Below are positions 47,880-58,647 of a DNA stretch of 64,000 nt, one piece after another. Made by a program: the position numbers and the translations under genes. Within the stretch, counting starts at the first letter, position 1, and each line of letters begins with the position of its first letter. The notes under the pieces were generated by a model. That model did not search any database and was not told where the DNA came from. It saw nothing but the letters and a program-made list of their open reading frames with translations. The DNA lies in assembly GCA_964106645.2 (NCBI GenBank), contig OZ067051.1; one strand, 5' to 3'. This stretch comes from Podarcis pityusensis (lineage: Eukaryota).

Positions 47880-49490
47880 GTTTTTTCTTCTTCACTGCAC
47901 TTAATTTCAATAAGTCATGTGTGTAAATCTCTCCCCGCCCCCTACCCATGGCAATGCAACAATCATCTTTTTATTTAAAGCAAATAGAATTATATAACTT
48001 GATGGTCAGAGGATAGATAGAGCTAAAAAGAGGGACGGAAACACTTCCTTCCCATGACAGTGAAAAAGGTAAAAAATAATAATATTCTGTCACAGGATGG
48101 GATGCATTTCAAACGGAATGTTTACAGTCCACAAGACTGCCCCCTAAGAACACTAAATCAAAACTTTGCATTGCAACATAGGAACAAATTGTCCATCTTG
48201 GAAGCCCAATATAATGTCCTTGAGGTGATACAGCCAGAGCCCTAGGGGTGTATGTCATCTTCTGCAAACCTTCACAAGATCTTTTTCACCTTTAGATATC
48301 AGATTTCCTATAACTGTCCTTCAAAACACCTCTCCTTCTATCGAGCCTACATCCTTACAACCTAAAACCAATGAAACGGTAGTATCAAAGCACAGAAAAA
48401 CAAAGAAAACAGGAGCACAAGCACATAAAATAGGGTCTGGCCGGGAAAAGCCTGCGCAAAAAGATAGGTCTCTACAAGTCTTCCTTTTAATCACATTTTA
48501 TACCCCCACCCCCTTTCCTAAAAGAAGCTCAGAGTGTAAATGGGATTGCATCACCTTATCCTTGGACGAGCCCTGCAGGCTAGGCAAGGCTGAGAGAAAA
48601 AGACTTGCTTCAGCTGAAATTCACAGCTGAGCCATGATTCAAACATGGGTCCCTCCAGTCTAAGGCCAACATTCTGCCCACGGACACCCTCCAGTATTAA
48701 TTGCTGTAGCATATGGCCATATAAAGGGGCTAATGGGAGGTAAATGGTATGTTACATCATGAAATGATGATAGTAATGTGAGAAGCAGTCAACAGTTCTA
48801 GGAGAATACTCTGTTCCAGGCATGGCTGAAGCCTGCCTTCTTCTTTCTTTTGCCTTTCACAAACCTTTGTAGCATTCCCACAAGAACATTCTCCACCCTT
48901 CAGCAACAGAGCCTTTTCACAGCTCACAAGGTTTGCCGTACAGGCCAATTGCACCTGCTGGCATGCTTGCACTAAATGTCCCTTGCAGAACACTGATCTC
49001 CCCCTGGACTAACTTTCTGCCATCCTAAAAAGTATTGCCTTGGCTGACAGATCTGCAGCAACCACTTCTGCAGCCCACAGCTGGTTCAAGGGGCAGTTCT
49101 GTGCTTACCAAGGAACAGAGAGCAAAGCGGCATAAATAAATCCCAGCCCACCTGCTAAGATTCTGGCCTCAGTGTAAAGAGCTGGGAACTGAAGCTGTAC
49201 ATGCCTCCACAGATGTGTTTCAGGAGGGCATGGGCAACTTATATAACCACAGCTTTGCAACGTGTTGTTATTTACCATATTTATATAGGCTGGCCAGTAA
49301 CCTATATCCTCGCAGCCAGCTGCAGAAATACCGTTTTTAAGCATTCATGCAGAAAAGACCCATCTTTCATTTTTAAAGAGCCCAGTTTTTGCCCTTTGTA
49401 ATCGCCAATAAAAATTCTGAAGATATTTAAAGATTTTATTTAAAGACTTAGGCTAGGATCCTAGAGGTACCTTAGGTAGATTTTAAAGAG

Positions 49491-49530
<40 letters not shown>

Positions 49531-50319
49531 AGAGAGAGAGAGAGAATGTTTTCCTCCTTAAGACTCAGCAGACACCCTGTGTGTGTACTACATGGGTACA
49601 AAAAATTGCACGAGAAGCAGCTGTTTCCTGGCAGCTATGAATTAGGGTGCATGCTTCACATTTTACACCAGAGAAAGAAGTTGTACAGTGCAGAAGTGGG
49701 ACAGACAGTACCTCCCAAGGAATAGCCTAGATTGGTGCAGGTGAATATAGTACATCCAGGCCACTCCAAATGATTTTGTGGTTAAAAGTGTGCCTTTAAG
49801 CTTCATACTTCCTTCAAACAACTCTGTGTAGCAATACAATGACGCTGGGTTGTGTTGTCTCTTCTTAGTCTTATCTAAATGGCATCCCAAGTTAAGCCTA
49901 GATCAGGAACAAGGAACCTGCATTCCTCCAGATGTTGTCGAGTGGTTGATGGGAACAGGCATTCAGCAACACCTGGAGATCTACAGTTTCCCCATCCCAA
50001 GTACCAGTGACAAGGGCTGCTTCCTAAGGCTTTTTGGAAGTCCCCATTTAAGTGGGTTTTGAACTAACCCTCTTCCTAGTCAGTCAGATTTCACGTAGTT
50101 TTTCTATCAGGTTAAGATTGAAGAGGCATGTTAGAGCTCTAGTCTAGACCTTCCATGCATGCTTGTCCATCAGCTCCATGGCTTTCTCCTCCTCTCTTTG
50201 TTTGCCTGCCTGCCTGCCCATACAACCTAACACAATCCTAACATTCAACCTAACACCATCCCTGTAGGTTCTGAGGCCGAGAAATACAAATTCAGTTCCC
50301 CCGCCCCATCTTTTCCCAG

Positions 50320-50467
50320 GCAACTTGCGAGCGAGGGTTTGCAGCTATGGAAGAGACCCATCAGAAGAAGATAGAGGACTTGCAGAGGCAGCACCAGCGA
50401 GAACTGGAGAAGCTAAGGGAGGAGAAAGACCGCTTGCTAGCTGAGGAGACAGCAGCCACTATCTCAG
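50320..50467 (+). CDS. MPRIP: MPRIP exon (ATCERGFAAMEETHQKKIEDLQRQH...TAATIS)
   Basis: Acceptor cccag, donor G|GTAAG. Confidence 0.96.
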
Positions 50468-50608
50468 GTAAGAGGAAAGAGAAGACCATAAGCGGTCATC
50501 AGTAGCAACATCAGAAGGTGGTTTTGTTCCTGAGGTGAGATCAGAAGACGGGAGTGTTTCTTAGAGGAAGACAGCTTATCTGCAGCCCTTGCCTCTTTTC
50601 CTACACAG

Positions 50609-50726
50609 CCATAGAAGCCATGAAGAACGCCCACCGGGAAGAGCTGGAGCGGGAGCTGGAGAAGACTCACCGCTCGCAGATCAGCAGCATCAACTCTGAC
50701 ATCGAAGCGCTCCAGAGGCAATACTT
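50609..50726 (+). CDS. MPRIP: MPRIP exon (AIEAMKNAHREELERELEK...RQYL)
   Basis: Acceptor acacag, donor TT|GTAGG, phase 1 to 2. Confidence 0.95.
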
Positions 50727-51180
50727 GTAGGTGCTCCTCTGTATTTTCTAGATCTGTTGAAGTATGAAATGTGGAGCAGCTCTTGGCACCTGGGTGGCGT
50801 TGGGTGGAACAATTTGTCATTCTACACCACCCACGCTAAACAGCCCTGCTGGATCAGGCCAGAGACCCATCTAGTTCAGTATCCTGTTCCCACACTGGCT
50901 GACCCTAATGGGGATCCCATCTATAGACAACACAAATGTTTAGTCTAGTCAGTGCAATCAAACCGCATGCCTAAGTTTGCTTTCCTGGGAAAGCAAAACT
51001 GAACGTGTGGGATGCACTTGAATGCCCATCTTGTCTGTCCACAGCCAGAAGGTTGTGCAATGCCTCCTTCTCCTCTGTGCATCCTAGTCTCTGATAGTTG
51101 ATTTGATCTGTTTTGGGGGTTGCAGTGGCCTTGCAATCTTTATTTTTTGTTTTTACCCCCACCCCCCTATGCCCAATCAG

Positions 51181-51340
51181 GGAGGAGCTGCAGTCTGTCC
51201 AGCGTGAACTTGAAGTTCTCTCCGAGCAGTATTCTCAGAAGTGTTTGGAAAACGCTCACTTGGCCCAGGCCCTGGAAGCAGAGAGGCAGGCCCTCCGTCA
51301 GTGCCAGCGGGAGAACCAGGAGCTCAATGCACACAACCAG
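51181..51340 (+). CDS. MPRIP: MPRIP exon (EELQSVQRELEVLSEQYSQKCLENAHL...NAHNQ)
   Basis: Acceptor atcag, donor CAG|GTAAA. Confidence 0.96.
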
Positions 51341-52535
51341 GTAAAGCAACACCTGTCCAGCCTTATTCAGCTGCCTAAGAGAAAAGGGTCATTTTGGGGC
51401 TTTTTCAGAACGGCTTTCAGCCAGGATTTGACTTGCAGGGCAGGGGAGTCAGTTGGTCAAGAGGCCTGATAAGCAGTTTCAGCAGGACCAAAATCATAGC
51501 GATTCTGCAGGGCAGGATTAAGACCTTCAAAGGCCCTAAGCACTGAAGAGAATTGTGGTGGAGCCCGCATATATGTTTTTAAAAATAAAAACAGTACTAA
51601 ACTGTAAAATATATATTTTTAAAAACCATAAATTTATTGCAACACCTGGCAGATCTGATTTCTGCACATGTTTTCAACCTAAGTTGGTAGGAAGCCCCCT
51701 GGTTTAGGTAAGGAAAATGAATTAAAAAGATGGTACCCCAGATGGTGTTACTGACTTAACCAGGCTTGTAAACTGCCTTTTGCTTGGTGGTCTCTGAAAC
51801 TTAGGATCTTCTTTTTACGAAATCCACCACAGCTCCAATTGTCTTGAAATACCAGGTCAGGGGTGTCTCAAGGTGTCTCCTCAATGGCGTTTTGTTTCCT
51901 GGGAAAATATGCAAGATGGAAACTGCTGTGTTAAAGATGACATTGTGCAAATATGCAAGCTCCATAGTTTTAGATGGTTGCATGTGCGGTTTTGGAAATC
52001 TTGTGGTTTGGTTTTAAATCCTTTTGTGTGCTTATTTTCATCACCAGGCCTTGTGACACATCTTCTTTAATGAAGCATTGATAAAATACATGCTTTCTAA
52101 AATCTTTTTTCTTTGTCACAATCACTTCAGAAGAATCAGGCTTTCACGACTAGGAATAGATTTTTTTAAAAGTCATTATTTCAGGCTATTGGTATATTAT
52201 GACCAGCACAGATGTACATGGGTTACTAAAAATGTTTTAAAACTCTGTGAACTTAAGAAATGTCCATCTTTAGAGGAGGGAAACAGATGTGCTGGTTGGG
52301 CCACGTTTGCGGAAGTACTGAGCTCAATCCCTTCGTCTGATCTGCAGAAGTACAGATAGCAGCAAGGAAGGCCCAAAGAACCACAAATGCTGTTTTGTGC
52401 TGTTTGGTGAAAACTGAAGGCATTTATATCCTTGAGGTCGCCATCCAAAAGCAAAATAGGGATGTTCAGTTGCTAGGATTGGGGAGAGCTTTATTCATAA
52501 CTGCTGCTCATAGCCATCTTGTGGTCTTCTTACAG

Positions 52536-52655
52536 GAGCTGAACAACCGCCTGGCTGCAGAGATCACACGGTTACGGACCCTGGTGACTGGGGAGGGTGG
52601 GATTGAGATGGCTGGCTCACCTCTCACCCAAGGCAAGGATGCCTACGAGTTGGAG
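52536..52655 (+). CDS. MPRIP: MPRIP exon (ELNNRLAAEITRLR...GKDAYELE)
   Basis: Acceptor tacag, donor GAG|GTGAG, 120 nt. Confidence 0.96.
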
Positions 52656-52817
52656 GTGAGTGTGCCCTGCCTTGATTCCAGATGTTGGAGTTCCAGGGGC
52701 ATGTGAAATGGACTTTCCTTCTTGCTCAGTGGCTTAACTCCTCCCCCCCCCCTTTTCATTTGTGCATAGTTGCCTAACCTAAAAAGCATCTGCCTGGGTT
52801 TCTCTTCCCCTTTGCAG

Positions 52818-52904
52818 GTCTTGCTGCGAGTCAAGGAATCAGAAATACAGTACTTGAAGCAGGAGATCAGCTCCTTGAAGGATGAACTGCAAACAGCATT
52901 GAGG
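52818..52904 (+). CDS. MPRIP: MPRIP exon (VLLRVKESEIQYLKQEISSLKDELQTALR)
   Basis: Acceptor ttgcag, donor AGG|GTAAT, 87 nt. Confidence 0.96.
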
Positions 52905-53677
52905 GTAATAGTTCTGGAGGAGGCCTGCCTTTGCAACATACAAGCAGACAGCAAGTGCCTTTAAACGCATATGTATTCAGCTGACTCGTGTATATACATA
53001 CCGCTTGTAATTATGATACAAGGTAGTTCGCAACATAAAACGATTCAGTAAAATTCAACAAAAATGTATTTCTGTAGCATCCACAAAGCAGTGAAACCAG
53101 TATTGAAACATGCCTGAGCAGATAAAAAAAAAGTCTTTAGTTCTGTCATGGAACTCAGAGCAGCGTACATTTGGTTTTCGGACCATCTCCCAACCAGACC
53201 CACACAGGCCTCAGGAAGATAGCTAAGTTTTGAGCCTTCAGTCTGTATAGCTGCTAATTGTTTCCAATGTAGAAGGGTCTGTATCAGTGGCAAATGCAAG
53301 CTGTACATTGGTTCCCCCATGGGAGTGCGTGATCTCCCTCCCCTTGAAATACGTACTGCCTTACTTTGAGTGGATGGTTGTCAAGAGTACTGGTAGTTCA
53401 CAGATTTGAAAGATGCCATATACAACTATTTGGTCAAAACCAAATTGTTCTGCTTTTTAAGAATGGAGCCTGTCTCAGTGGGTTGCAGTGTCCTTTTTTT
53501 AACCAAAGCCCAAACCAAGAAAGATAAAAGAGAGTACATATGGCATTGATTGCTACAATATGTGTTGTTGGGTTGAAATCTGTCTAGCCCTTTGGCAATA
53601 TTTGCTGCTGCCGATCTCCAAGGCCGAAGGGGACTGAAAGCATTTCCTCTGCTGAAACGCTGTTGTCTTTTCTAAAG

Positions 53678-53840
53678 GACAAGAAATACGCCAGTGATAA
53701 GTATAAAGACATTTACACGGAGCTCAGCATTGTGAAGGCCAAGGCGGACTGCGACATTAGCAGGTTGAAAGAGCAGCTCAAGGCGGCCACCGAAGCCCTT
53801 GGCGAGAAGTCCCCAGAGAACACCACTGTGTCTGGATACG
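53678..53840 (+). CDS. MPRIP: MPRIP exon (DKKYASDKYKDIYTELS...TVSGY)
   Basis: Acceptor taaag, donor G|GTCAGT, phase 0 to 1. Confidence 0.96.
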
Positions 53841-54415
53841 GTCAGTCTTCTGTTAGCTGGTTTGGCTTTTTCATAGGTGCTGCTGAGGATTCCGGATGAA
53901 AGCAAGGCCAAGTTTCTGGCTTTCGCTTTGGGTATACTTACGTGGGCCATACCAGTTTAGGGAGCCAGCTCTGTAACTGGTAGCAAATGGGGGGTCCCTT
54001 TGGAGACTGTGTTCTGGGGTAAGGGTGGTCCTTGAATGAGGTTAAGAGAAGCCATTGCCTCTGGCAGCAGATCCACACCCTCCCTCCCTCCCTGTGCTCG
54101 CAGTTATGCTGCTGCCAGCCCCACTGTGGTTTTGCCCGCACCATCAACACAGGACCGTTGATCTCACCAGTCGCAGTGATGGGGCTGGCGGCAGCGTGGG
54201 CACAATGACTGGGCCAGGGAGAGGGGGGGCAGAGCTTCAAAGGGGGTGTTGGAGCATTTTGCCTACAGTGGCAAAATGTCTCGGCCCAGGGTTGTTCCTT
54301 GTGTCCATTTGACAACCATTTGTTTTCCTTTTTTCCACGGCGAGGGAGGAAATGTTGCGCTTGTAGTGCTTTCAACGGTAAGGTAAACTGGCTCTGTTTC
54401 TCCTCATCCACCTAG

Positions 54416-54501
54416 ATATTATGAAATCCAAAAGCAACCCTGATTTCTTGAAGAAAGACAGGACCAGCGTTGGCCGGCAACTGAGAAATATCAGGTCAAA
54501 G
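54416..54501 (+). CDS. MPRIP: MPRIP exon (DIMKSKSNPDFLKKDR...RNIRSK)
   Basis: Acceptor cctag, donor AAG|GTGAG, phase 1 to 0. Confidence 0.95.
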
Positions 54502-54598
54502 GTGAGTTTATGGTGACTTCACCCAGCTTTCCAAACGAGCTTATGCTACGTCGGATGCCGTAACAAGTCTATGTTCTGTGTTCTGTCTGGGTTATTAG

Positions 54599-54739
54599 CA
54601 TGTGCAGTTTTTTTTCCAGCCGGAACTCACTGGAACTCAGTTCTGGCACCTCTCAGGCAGGTGCCATTGCTGTTCTAAGAGAACAAGAGAGGTGTTCATG
54701 GTGAGTTCTGGCACCTTTTTTCCTAGAAAAATAGCACTG
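54599..54739. mobile_element. Short hAT-like MITE (degenerate)
   Basis: 3' end AGAAAAATAGCACTG resembles the 21412 element; internal GGAACTCA / AGTTCTGGCACC repeats. Confidence 0.5.
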
Positions 54740-55520
54740 AGCAGCTTTCTAGATTCTACTCCACCCCTGGGTCTCTGGTTTTGGGACTGTTGGTGGTTTC
54801 AGTTTTCCCATTTTTCAGTGCAGGGCATGAGAGCTTTACTAGGGCAGTTCAAGGTGTGACCTTGAGGCCTTCTTGGGTGGCCCTCAACAACATTTGACGC
54901 CCCACACAAACCCTCGCACTGCCTTTCCAAAGCTAGGTAAGCAAGGCCCTGGGCTTTGGGAAAAAGGCATGAAGGCTCTGACAGGATCCGAGAGTCCTCG
55001 TGCCTCCTTCCCAAAACCTAGTTTGAACTTTCCCAACCGTAGGAAGAGGAGGGAGGGCTCTAGGATCCTGCCAGAGCCCTGTGCCTCCTTCCCAAAGCCA
55101 GGCACTTTGCTTAGCCGGCTCTGGGGAGGCAGTGCAAGTGTGTGTGGTGGTGGTGGTGGTGGTTGTGAAATTTTCCCTCAACTCTCCCCCCCCCCGCACG
55201 CATACAAAGCAGTGTGTCACCCACAGGTTCCATGTTGGAAGTGCTGTTGCAGCCCCCTTGGTCTGAGAGGTTGGATCACCCTGGCTTAGAGGGATATGCT
55301 TTCAGCTAGGCCACAAGGGCAGTACTGTTGGGTGTTTAACAGGCTTGGCCTGTGTCAATGAACCACCCTCCTGCCCCATGTTTGAGCACCTGTGCTGGTG
55401 TGCAGTTCCAGGATCAGTAGCCTGGTAGAACTGGAAGGAGGGAAAGTTACACACAACTCTCCTCACCCTGAGAGCAGGTTTCCCTGAGCTGGTATGGTAG
55501 GAAGACTGCCGCAGCAAAAA

Positions 55521-55556
<36 letters not shown>

Positions 55557-55929
55557 ACACAAATGTTGTGATAATCGTGCAGTTCAGTCCTGGTGTCATT
55601 TGTGATTTGCCAGTTTTGTGTGTATGTGTGCACTTCGTTTTGGAGCACCCCAATTTTTCACTGTGGCGTAGCTCCTCTTTATTACAAAGTGTTGTGCTTT
55701 TTATTTATAGTTTCCCTTCTGTGGCTGATTTTATGTACTGAATTTAAAAAGCAAACTTCTGACCTTGCAGGCCATGAAGACCCCCAAGCTGCAGTTTGCC
55801 TTTTTTTCTCCTTGCTAGGGTGGGAGGGAGTATGTTGGCACTTGGGAATTTCTGGAGCAATCAGGATTCATGTATTTCTCCTATTTCTGTTTTCTGTGTT
55901 GTTGTTTTTGTCTTTGCTTCCAACAACAG

Positions 55930-55962
55930 TCCGTTATTGAGCAGGTCTCATGGGATAACTGA
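55930..55962 (+). CDS. MPRIP: MPRIP alternative C-terminal cassette exon (SVIEQVSWDN*; exon runs to 55995)
   Basis: Long T-rich tract plus CAG, donor TAG|GTAAT at 55995. Matches the recalled mammalian isoform ending SVIEQVSWDT. Confidence 0.85.
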   Translation, partial: SVIEQVSWDN

Positions 55963-57954
55963 AATGCACCAGATTCCAGGTTCCCTGTCACATAGGTAAT
56001 CCAAACAGCACCTTCCAAAGAACACTGCACCTCTTGAGGGGCAGCCCACTTAATGCATGCCCGGCTCACATCTCCATGGCTAATGAGAATCTATCTCCCC
56101 TTGCCTTTGAATTACATAGAGGTTAAGTGGGAGGAGCAAGAGGCAGAATTTCAAAACTTAAGATCATGCCAGATTGAATGGCTGTTTCTGTGCCTCTTCC
56201 ATCCTTTTGCTTCTCCCTGCCCTCACTGACATCCATCACTGGAAGGATTTCTGCACCTCCTAAGACAAACAACGGGGTGCTGCGTTGAAGGCATGGGACA
56301 AAAGAGTGTGCATGCTGGATGAAAATGCATGCTTTGGACTTAACTCTCCCAAATGGCAGTGTGTACAGGCAGAAGGGTACTTTTTGATTCACTAATTATG
56401 TCCTCTGGAATGGATGAATTTTTTCCAACCTGCTCCTAACGAAGGGCAGACAGATGTTATGTGAAAAGCCAGTTGTGCTGTCCACAGATCAGGTTTCTGA
56501 TCTCTACCTTTCCCCCTTTTGAAATCCTTTTTACCCATTTCTTAAATATTCTGGTACTAAATCAGCTGATCTACCCAACCCATACAGGTTTATTTTCCCA
56601 ACCGTCTTAGTTGTTAGGTTAGTTGTCCCCCACAAAAAAAGATGACCCGATGGGAGAAAGCAGTTGATTTTCTGCAGATTGTCAGCAACAACTGAAAAAA
56701 ATAGGTCACTACTGTATAAAAGTAGTGACCTTCTCAAAACATGGTTTTATTCCTGAATGAGGTTTAATTTTCAGAAATTAAGTGTATTGCCCATCAAGAT
56801 AAGTACCGCACCTGACCAAGAAGATATCTACATTTTGACACAGAAAAAGCAATGTTCTATATCATAGGCAGCTTGGTTTGGATGTACTGTAAGCATTTTC
56901 CTCTATAGCCATCTAATTTGGAATATAGGGAGGCAATTTTAATCCAAAGAACAAACAACTGTGGATTTTTTACCAGCATTAAGAGCAGTTTAAATGTCTG
57001 ATACTAGACTAACTGTAGTTAGCTTTAATCTACAGTGTCCCTAGAGCTCTCTTACAAATACCACAGAATTGCATGGTGCTGCTTTTGTTGGGACTCTTTG
57101 TCACTTGAGTTTTTGTATTGAGGAAATGGTTCGCATGTTTCAACACACACACCACACACACACACACACACAAAGAAACCCTTTCACACAGAGCAAAGCA
57201 CGTTAGAGCAAAGGGTTCTAGGCTAGCCTTCTCCCTGTCGTCCTTGAGTGCAGGGAATTTTTGTCATGGATAAGTATAAAAACAGATTCGATCCTGAAGT
57301 GATACAGTCCACCTGCAACTGCATCCCTTGATTCAGTTGCCTGTAAATCAGCTGATGCTGCCATTCCTCTCCATCAACTTGCCCCAGTTTGTAAGGTTTT
57401 GTAATTAGATTTGATGGGTGGAGAGAAAGGCTTCTTTCAAATGGCAGAAAATGGACATTGGCACAAGATGATCAGAAACTGTGCATCTCCTTGTCTCATT
57501 GATTTGTGGTTGGATCTCACTGTAAGAAATGTATGTTCCAGTGAAAAATAGCCAGTGTCTGACACGGAGATTCTTCTTTCAAAATAACTGCTAAAAAGGC
57601 AGAAGAGTGATTTCATAAGGTCCAGACAGAGATCTCCGGACCTTATCAACAATCTCCCCTCTGGAATCCTGGGTTTAAATAAGGGGTGGTGAACCGGCTG
57701 CCTTCCAGATGTTTTAGACTCCCAGTTCCCATCATCCCTGTCCGTTGGCCATTCTGCTGGGCTGGTGGGAGTTGAGAGTCCAAGCGTACCTGGAGGCCAC
57801 CTGGTTCCCATTCTTGATGGACCCTTAACTTGGGGGGAAGTTTTAACTTAGAAATTAACGTATTTCTCCGATTAGCAAAAAACAAACAGAAACGTATGGC
57901 ACCCTGGTCTATCAAGACCGGCTGCTTTATATCAGGATCAAGATAGGACTTTGA

Positions 57955-58097
57955 ATCATAGAATTGTACAGTTGGAAGGGACCCTGAGGATCATCTAGTT
58001 AACTCTCTGCAATGCAAGAAGATGCAGCTGTCCCATACAGGGACCGAACCTGCAACCTTGACATATCAGCACCATGCTGCAACCAACTGGGCTATCC
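57955..58097 (-). mobile_element. SINE with tRNA-Ile-like head and CR1 tail (POM-SINE-like)
   Basis: Minus strand reads GGATAGCCCAGTTGGTTGCAGCATGGTGCTGATA...GGTTCGGTCCC, then CCCTTCCAACTGTACAATTCTATGATTC. Confidence 0.7.
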
Positions 58098-58575
58098 TTT
58101 CTCTCCAGAAGCATTTAGCTTTCACCAGGATTAACCATTGTAGGGGCATAACTGCTTGTTGAAAGAATCACTCTGGGCAGCTGTGCTGATGAACTGTTGG
58201 TGTACAGCCCTGGACTTGAGTGCTCAAACAAAATGGTTATGCGAAAAGTGCAGTTTTGAGGCGCTGATGAGCTAGCAAAGGCTTTTGCAGTTGCCTCAAA
58301 CATCCAAGCAATTACTCTCCCAACTAAGTTAGCTGTGCCTGCAGTCATCCAGTTCATTTCCCGTCTTTCTTCACCGCGGACTGATTCACCAATAACACCA
58401 CTCCATAATGGTGCATTTTCTTTGAAGCATGTCTTTCTAATCTTCCCATTGAGGATGCCATCTTTTGCCTTTCCTTTGCCTGAGCATCTGTGTCATCTCT
58501 CTCTATTGGACTTTTGCTTTCCCCACCAGAATGGCATTTAACGGTTTGCTCTTCCTTCTCTCCTCCCATGTACAG

Positions 58576-58647
58576 AGTCTGAAGGAAGGCCTGACCGTGC
58601 AGGAGCGCCTCAAGCTCTTTGAATCCAAGGACTTGAAGAAAGACTAG
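58576..58647 (+). CDS. MPRIP: MPRIP last coding exon (SLKEGLTVQERLKLFESKDLKKD*)
   Basis: Acceptor tacag; TAG stop at 58645-58647. Confidence 0.96.
   Translation, partial: SLKEGLTVQERLKLFESKDLKKD

Noticed and set aside
44076-47978. Stand-alone intronless 1,300-aa gene
   Set aside because: It begins at GTG just after a splice acceptor and is phase-compatible with the flanking MPRIP exons. The tail after 47879 is intron read-through.
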